From: the human T2T-CHM13v2.0 reference genome, Homo sapiens
Assembly (NCBI RefSeq): GCF_009914755.1
Contig: NC_060928.1
Reading direction: 5' to 3' (one strand)
DNA: 64,000 nucleotides
Both the position numbers and the translations under genes were made by a program. Below the pieces are notes generated by a model. The model ran no database searches and was not told the DNA's origin. It saw nothing but the letters and a program-made list of their open reading frames with translations. The first letter of the stretch is position 1. Each line of letters begins with the position of its first letter. Of the stretch, positions 56,103 to 64,000 are shown in pieces.

Positions 56103-59100
56103 AACAACTGGAATGAAAACCAATATAGGGAAATAATCTTAACATTAGAATCAAGTATGCGGAATTAAGTTTTGTATCTCCTAAAATCTTTATTGACAGT
56201 AGCAGACCATATCAAAAGTCTTCTGAAATGCTTCTAGCGCTCTCAAAAATGCTCCACATCAAGAAACTTTTAAAATAAAATAAAATAAATGCCTAGTGGA
56301 AGAGTTCAGACAACAGTCCCAAAACTGCCTGAAGACATTCAGAATTCCTCTATAATCTTTATACAGATATTAAGAGAAAAAAAGTACTAATAGAAATTGT
56401 TCTGGTTTGTAATTGCAAGTATAATCACACAGTTCCTGAAAATAATAGATTGATGTTATAATATTGGGCAAGCCAATCAATGAACACAATATGCAGAATG
56501 ATAAGTGGTGAAAAAAATGCTGCAACCTTTTGTTGATAACACTGCTGAATCCAAACTCCAACCCTTGTTCAAGTTGAACACTCTCGTTTCATTGTTGGGT
56601 AACAACAATGAATATTGTTGGGTAACAATTTTATATATGCTTCTCTTTGGGTTAGGTAGTGGCTTGTTGTTGTTATTTGTTTTTTGCTTGCTTTGCCCTC
56701 TTTAAAATTTTTAGAGGAAAAAAACATAACAGATACATAACATGGTCTCATGAGAAAACCAGAACACAAAGCCATGAAATGAAGAATTTCATTCTGTCAA
56801 CCTGTTTAGCTTTCCCTGGGAGTTCAATCATCGTATGGGCTTTTATGTGTTCCGCTGAGCATTTACTGAGAACATCAGCCATTATGGGCTGCTGCCTAGC
56901 TACATGGTCATGTCGTTACTTCGCATTTATCTGGAATCCTCTATTCTCTCAACAGACATTTTTATTCTGTTCCATATGACTACCATTGTGAGAAAGCTTT
57001 GTTATTTTACTTGAATGAGGCAGTGAGTAGGTCTTTATTTTTTCAGGAACATACTCCTCCCCTGTAGCTGTACCTGAAAATTAGGTGACTTTCTCATAGC
57101 TTTTTCAAACCCATAAATCTTCTGTCCCTTTCACGCAATGTACTTACTTATATTTCAATTTTAGCATCTTGCAATCAAGTCTGATTCCTAGACCTTGTTT
57201 AAACTTTGGGCTGTTTTTAATTTATGAATCGTTTTGGAAATTTTTCTTTGCATTGAGTTATAAAATGTAGACTAAAACTCTAGCAATGTAGTAAAATCTT
57301 TTCAAAGTTTGTCTTTCATTTATTGATCTGATCCAGATCCTCTTGTGTGCATCACCCTAGAAACCTTCAATTTAATCCATTTTTTTTCAGTACCCCTAAC
57401 ATCTTAAAACTTAGTCATTCAGACACCACCCACCCGCCCTCTGACACCTTCTTCCTGATTGAAAGAGGCATTTATGTATATGAGTCACCTCCTGCCAGCT
57501 TCACAGGAATTACATAAAAGCAATCTGCCAACCATCTTGGCCTAAGGACAAAAAATCACATTTAGTGTCAAAGTAAAAGTCATTCTTGCTTGTTGGAAAA
57601 TCACAATAGAGCACTTTAGGACCTTAACTCGCAGGACATCAGGCCTTAATCTACAGTCTATACTACAAATGAGGGAACTCATAAATGCTATGCTTTCATC
57701 GGTTTGGGTAAGCTTCTTGGCCTAATAATCCTAAAACCATTTTAAATGCTTTTTGTAGTTGAAAATGAAAGGCTAATTCATATTCAGGAAAGATTATACA
57801 TATATTAAGGGGAGAATGTGGACTAAGAAATAAACATAATATTAGCAAAACACATTATCTTTCCATGCTAATACAAAAATATTCATGCAGAAAGTTATTT
57901 AAAAAGCACCGCTTATGGCAGGAAAGGTGGTTTTATGGTCTAAGAAAAATGAATTGAAAGATTTGCCTAGATAAATTGTTATAACTAGAAATATTGGTCA
58001 GGATATTTTTAGTTTTTTTTTGTTTCTAGACAAGACAGCTTAGACCATATGGAAATATGGGTTTAAATCTTCCATTTAACCTCTTATTTACTGTGTGGGT
58101 TTAAGGAAATCTCTTAACATGTCTGAGCTTTGGTTTCCTTAAATGTAAAGTGGTGAAATCGTGCATGCCTTCTCTCTCTTGAGTTGTTTTAAAGATCACA
58201 TAGATGATATGTAAAAGGACAATGTAACTTTTATGTTTGTGTAATTGCTTATAATTCTCAAAAAGCTTTTACATATCATCTCATTTGAGTTGGCTACTGT
58301 TTTTGCAAGATCACTACGAAGGCAGGGAAAGTCTTAACTCTTTCTAGCTGATAAAAAGAATCCTGGAAGATCCCCTGTATTCCATATCCTTTCCCTTCCC
58401 ATCAGCACTTCCACCTATACATTCACAGATTCAGGGAACCTGAAAGGAAGTCCCATTGTGTTTCTCAGACACACATTTCTCTCAGCTGTGAATATCTCTA
58501 ATCAGTTCCAGATTATCCTAGGAATTTGAGCCTGGCACAAATCATCACTGTCTACTAGAATTGAAATTTTGGCTGCCAACCTAGAGCTTCTCCCATGTCC
58601 ATACTTGACATGTATGATTGGGCAGGGGGAGAGAGGATGAGAATGTGTGTCTCTAAAATGCATCATAAGTCAAACCTTGCATACAAGGTTTTCTCTCTCT
58701 GTTACAAAGGACAGCACACAGAAAATTAAAGTACACACTTAAGGCCAGTACAGACTTATGACACTTCTCCCAAGGAGAGACAGTTCCAAGCTCAGAAGTC
58801 TAGATTTTAGTGCATGGGAGGTTGACCTTACCAGTTCTTGAATGGGATAGGTTTCTCCATGTAGAAGCTGTGGAATGTAGTTAGATTCAATTGGAGACTA
58901 TCTCTCATAACAAGGAAACTCACCATATGAGGGATGTTAGAGGAGAGTTATAACGTTGTATCATTTTTTTCTTTCTTTGGTTTCAATTTCCACCTTTATT
59001 CAGATGAAGCTGAAAATAAGTGGAACAGCTGGCAATAAAACCTTAGCCACTAACTTGAATTTTTTGTGAAATGCCAGTCAAGTAACAGGAATGACAGACA

Positions 59101-61974
59101 TGTAAGTAAGCCCCAGTAGTATCCATTTTTAAAAATATGTACTGTGAATAAAAATAATAGCAATTAGAGAACTTTAAATCATATTTTAAAGGATACCGTC
59201 TTAAAATAATCACTATTCAGAATTTGATGAAAGTAAAATTTTAGGGTTATCTTCAGTTACTCATGTTCAAATAATTTTCTGTGACTAAAACTTTGGTCAA
59301 AATAGAAAATGTGTTTTTTCCTAGGATGATCTAAAGGTATTTATTGTGGATGGAAAGAATTACAGAATACAAATAATATGAAACTCAAAATTACATCAAC
59401 CAAATGCACTTTGTTTTCTCAGCTGACTCAAAATAATGAGTAGCCAAGGTAATATCGGCTGCACATTATACCTTCTCACAGTACCAGGATACCTGAAGAA
59501 ACAACACTTCACTCCTAGTCTAGTCAGCACCTTTGCAATTTTTCTTGGAATGACGTTAGCTTTTACATAACCCATAGTAGCAAGCTTGTGAAACAAAGAA
59601 ACCGCAATTTAGTTCGGGGTAACTCTAAAATGTTTGTGTTCAAATTACCAATAAGACTCGTTTTCATGAAGGGTCTTTCTAAAATACACTTTCTAAGCCA
59701 GTGTGCGTATTTTCATCCATATTTTCAAACAGAAAAATTAAGAACAAGACGGATAGTAACTTTCTTGACAGTTATGCCTTGGTTGAGAAGTTTAGGTATT
59801 AACTCACAGCTTCCATGTCTAGACCGTTGCTGGCTCTCTGATAGTTAATTGCCTCTATTATGATATTATCATTAGAGTCCCCTTAAGATAGACAAAAGAA
59901 AATTGTAGGTTTCTAGGTCTACTCAATTAAAGCAATTGAGTTTCATAGTTTCAGGAAATGACCAATTTAACTCCTATCTGGAATTTGTGATATTGGAAAC
60001 ATTTGTGGAAAAGGAACACATTCTAAAGTATTTTGAAAGTTTCTTAACCAGTTTTTCTCTAAATCATTGTTCTATAGTAAACACAGACATGGATAAAATG
60101 AATTCCTAAAGATATAAATTTGGAATTTTAAATTAAGATATAATTTATTTGGTAACAAAATAAGTGGATTTTTAAATCCTCTCTTCCTTAGTAATAGAAC
60201 ATCTATTATGTTCTCCATGGTATGCAGACAGTAATGTAGAACTTAAGGGGTTTATATAGTTACCTAGACAATTTTATCATTTACTACATTTTTTTGAAGT
60301 TATCTTTGTAAAGAAAAAAAACTTTTTCCATTAAGGAATACATGTTATCCTGGACTTCTGGTGTCACTAAAAGGTCATTGATTTACATCTGAACTGGGTC
60401 ACTGAAAGCAAACGACTATGTGGTGGCCTAAATAGGTAAAATCGTGGCATCTTTCCCAGTTTAAGAGTCATCTGACCAATTATAACTCAAAATTTAAATC
60501 AAACCTACAAGTTATTATTAGAAGAAATACTGAGATTGGTCTGAGGCTACAACATAAACAAATGTGATCTCAGATATTGGTTAATTATTTCAAAGACTAA
60601 AACATTGAAGTTTATGTTTTATGCTTCACCTGTGTATATTTGAATGCCCCACACCAATTATACATAAGATCTGGAGTGTATTCCCAACATCTTCCCAAAT
60701 GAAAGACCTATGAAAAAGTATTTTATAAAAGGTGACATATTTAGAGTGAGAAGGGCTTTATGTAAGGAGGAACACATTATTCATCCTGAGCAGATGAAAA
60801 GTAAGACATAAACTTTGAGAACAAGGTGAAAGCAGAGGTGATAACTATAAAAGAATATCTTGTCAAAGAAGAAGCCCATGTCAAGCTTACTCCATCATGG
60901 AGATAAATGTCAGCCCTGCTTTTGCTCAAAGAGCACACCTAAGAGGAAAAGGCACAAAGGGTTAGAGTGCCAATAGAAAAAGACCACCTGCCACTTACCA
61001 CAAATGAATAAAACAAATATATATCCATAGTCCATGGGGCAACCATAGCAAAGGACCATCTGATCCTCACGACATTGTCTTAAAGCATTCCTTACATCCC
61101 CATTAGGAATAAGAAGCCGTTAAAACCACCTATACCTACACCTATATAACTAGCACATTCCTGCTGACAGAGCTTGGAAGGCATTGAGCAGTTCTGCATT
61201 TGATCCTACTTTTTTCACAAAGAGGTGAATATCAAATATTTTAAACAGCAAGTTAAAGTTTCAGAGCAAATATAATTTAAAATTTGGTTCTGCTTTGGGA
61301 AATCTGTTTAGGAGGCATTTGTAAACAGTTGAAAGGCTCATTCTAAACTGGAATGGATTGCCCCATCCTATCAATGCCCCTGAGATGAATATGAAGTCAG
61401 CAATGGGAGTTTTTTAATTCTATGATAATTGGCTGGGAGTTCTTTGACCTTTAATTAAACAAAATACGAATTAATGAACTTTCTTTCTATTTACAGCAGA
61501 GGCTTGAAATGGTACAAGTTGGGATAACAATCAAAACAAGATGCTATTTTTTCACTAACAAATAAATACAAAACATGATGCTGAAATCTGCATACTGATA
61601 TTGATCTAATTATTTATTTTGAACCTGTAATTTTTCATCTTTCTTCACTCGAAGGAAGAAAAAACATCAGGAAAAAAAGGAGCTATTTCTTCTTGGATAT
61701 ATATGTCACACATAAGCAATTTTCAAATGTCTCATGAGCTGGTCTCAGTATTAAAAGAGGCTTCTTTAGTCTAGCAGAATTTCAGACAAAAATTCTAGAG
61801 CCTTTATAACATAGAAGAGTTTTATGAAAGGGTCTGATTGGATGAGATGTAAAGAGATAAAATATGTACATAGTTACAATTATATTTTACAAATTAAACA
61901 AAAAACTTTTTTTCTTGTTTTGCTTTTTTGGTTTTATGCCTTAACTGGTGAACATTTAAAAATATGCTGTTAGA

Positions 61975-62041
61975 TGAGATCGTGCCACTGCCCTCCAGCC
62001 TAGGTGACAGAGAGAGACTCCATCTCAAAAAAAAAACAAAA
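61975..62041 (+). mobile_element. Severely 5'-truncated Alu (3' terminal ~50 nt plus tail)
   Basis: GAGATCGTGCCACTGCCCTCCAGCC...CTC(A)n with TSD ATGCTGTTAGA at 61964-61974 and 62042-62052. Confidence 0.9.
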
Positions 62042-62052
62042 ATGCTGTTAGA

Positions 62053-62275
62053 ATATGGACACAAAGAAGAGAGCAGTAGATATAGATACCAGATATAGAT
62101 ACTTGAGGGTGAAGAGTGGGAGTAGCGTGAGGATGAAAAACTACCTATTGGGTACCATGCTCATTACCTGGATGATGAAATAATTTGTACCCCATAGCCC
62201 CACAGCACACAATTTACCCATGTACAAACCTACACATGTATCCCCTGGACCTAAAATAAAAGTTGGAAAAAAAAA
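62053..62275 (+). mobile_element. Old L1PA (L1PA13-16-like) 3'UTR fragment
   Basis: AAAACTACCTATTGGGTAC...CCTAAAATAAAAGTTGG(A)n. Confidence 0.85.
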
Positions 62276-63014
62276 TTTAGGGATCATTAGCAGATCATTG
62301 CAAAATCTGCTAGGATTTTGCAGATAAACCATAAGATCCCTCGAAAATATTTTTCTTTGTAGAAACCATGTGAGTCTATACAGCAGGGTCTCAGGAGTAT
62401 GAGGGATAGGCAGTAATATGTTCATCCTCCTGTTTAGTGAGAGAAGCTTCCCTGCAACAGTTTGAGAAATTGAGCATGGCAGTTTCGAAGGTATCTTCCA
62501 GCTCTAAATCCTTCTTTGTGATAATCATGAGTAATGTGATGCATCCTTACTCTGACCCCAAGCAGAGGATTCTCTACTCAGGTTCTGGTGGCCAAACCTC
62601 TCCTGCTTTCACTCACTGAGGGAATGGAAGAGTATTTCTATGAAGGAACTCCTGGGATCTCTACCCTTTCCTGTTACAGTAGCAATATGTTTGTGCCCCA
62701 CTATCACCACCACATCTACTGAACTAGAGCCCATATAGACCTAATATTAGTGCCCAAAGTATTGTTGTGTATTTTTTATATTTGTATTATAATTGACTTC
62801 ATTTTATAATCTCTACTATGTTTTTTCTTTTTCTTAATCACTTATATGCAATGTCTATCATATTTATTGTTATACATACTTATGATGACTTTAAATCCTT
62901 TTTATAGAATTGGGATACAGCATTAAAATTTTATTGTAATGATTATGTTTCCAGCTATGAGGCATTAAATATTATGTAGTCCAAAACTTACAACTCTGTG
63001 AGGTAGGTATTTTC

Positions 63015-63172
63015 TTATTTATTTATTTATTTATTTATTTATTATATTTTAAGTTCTAGGGTACATGTGTACAATGTGCAGGTTTGTCACATATGTATAC
63101 ATGTGCCATGTTGGTGTGCTGCACCCATTAACTCGTCATTTACATTAGGTATATCTCCTAATGCTATCCCTA
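63015..63172 (-). mobile_element. Short L1PA 3' end inserted into a MIR
   Basis: (TTTA)n tail + L1 3'UTR; perfect 14-bp TSD AGGTAGGTATTTTC at 63001-63014 and 63173-63186; MIR-like sequence continues to ~63320. Confidence 0.9.
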
Positions 63173-63644
63173 AGGTAGGTATTTTCATTGTTTTTTTTTT
63201 TAGAACAAGGAAACTAAGATTCGGGAAAGGCACTTGCCAAGGGGAAAAGTTACTCAGTGTCCTTAGAGCTAGGATTCAAGCCCAGGAAACTTCCCTCTAA
63301 AAACCATACTACTAATTACCTTTCTCAAGAACCTTCCAATTAGAATATTGTCAGAAAGTCACAATAAGTTATTTTGGTACTTGATTAGGCATGAAATCTT
63401 TGTGAGATAGCAGGCCGTTTCTGATTCTGATTCCTCAAGTCAGCTGGCCTTTTCTCTTTCCTTCTTGAGTCATTATCTTTTTGCTTTTTCTACTGTCCCT
63501 TCACTGACCCTCCAAACTTCCAGTCCACCTTCTCTGGAAATATCTTTCCACAATTTTAGTTCCTTTTTTGGCCCCAGAAATGTACCTCAGCTTCAGGTCT
63601 AAACTACTCTAAACTTCAGGTCAGAAGCATTAATTAATTTGTTT

Positions 63645-64000
63645 ATTCATTCAATAAATATTTATGAGTGCCTACTACATAGCACTGGGCAAACTGTAGT
63701 GAAGGGAACACACATGCTCCCTGTTCTCATGTTTCTTATGTTCAATAGGAATAGATAACACTAAACAAGTAAGTATATAGCATAACGTATCAGACACTGG
63801 CAGGTGTTGTGGAGAAAATAATGCAGGGCAAAGGAAATAGAGAAGTCTGAGCCTCAGAAAATAGAGAAGTGTTGTTACATTTATAAGGATGTCCAGGAAA
63901 AGCCTGTCTGATAAGGTAATATTTGAGCAGAGACATAAAAGAAATGTGAATTTAAAAGTGATGCTCTGAGGAAGAGACTTAGGGGCAGAGAAAAAGAACA
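63645..64000 (-). mobile_element. L2 LINE 3' end (runs off window)
   Basis: ATTCATTCAATAAATATTTATGAGTGCCTACTA... Confidence 0.75.

Overview
Primate (human-like) genomic DNA containing the 5' part of NDST3 (heparan sulfate N-deacetylase/N-sulfotransferase 3) on the + strand. It comprises a CpG-island promoter (~4.15-4.92 kb), two candidate non-coding first exons (donors after 4802 and 5483), and the 1136-nt first coding exon (24648-25783; ATG 24803, 327 codons). The rest is intron; no further NDST3 exon was recognised. The introns are filled with Alu, L1 (two near-full-length old copies in opposite orientation on either side of the coding exon), L2, MIR, LTR and DNA-transposon relics, plus an AT-rich minisatellite. 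Almost all other ORFs in the track are repeat- or GC-composition artefacts. I found no wholly new multi-gene system. The best leads concern alternative outputs of the coding exon: (i) read-through into the intron giving a 385-aa truncated protein with a MER81-like transposon-derived tail and an AATAAA just after the stop, (ii) a back-splice (circRNA) configuration that would encode a 348-aa protein, and (iii) first-exon-dependent uORF load. Structural oddities include a palindromic minisatellite, templated insertions inside an L1, and an L1-borne CTCF motif. Repeat subfamily names are from recalled consensus sequences, not a database search; boundaries of old repeats are approximate.
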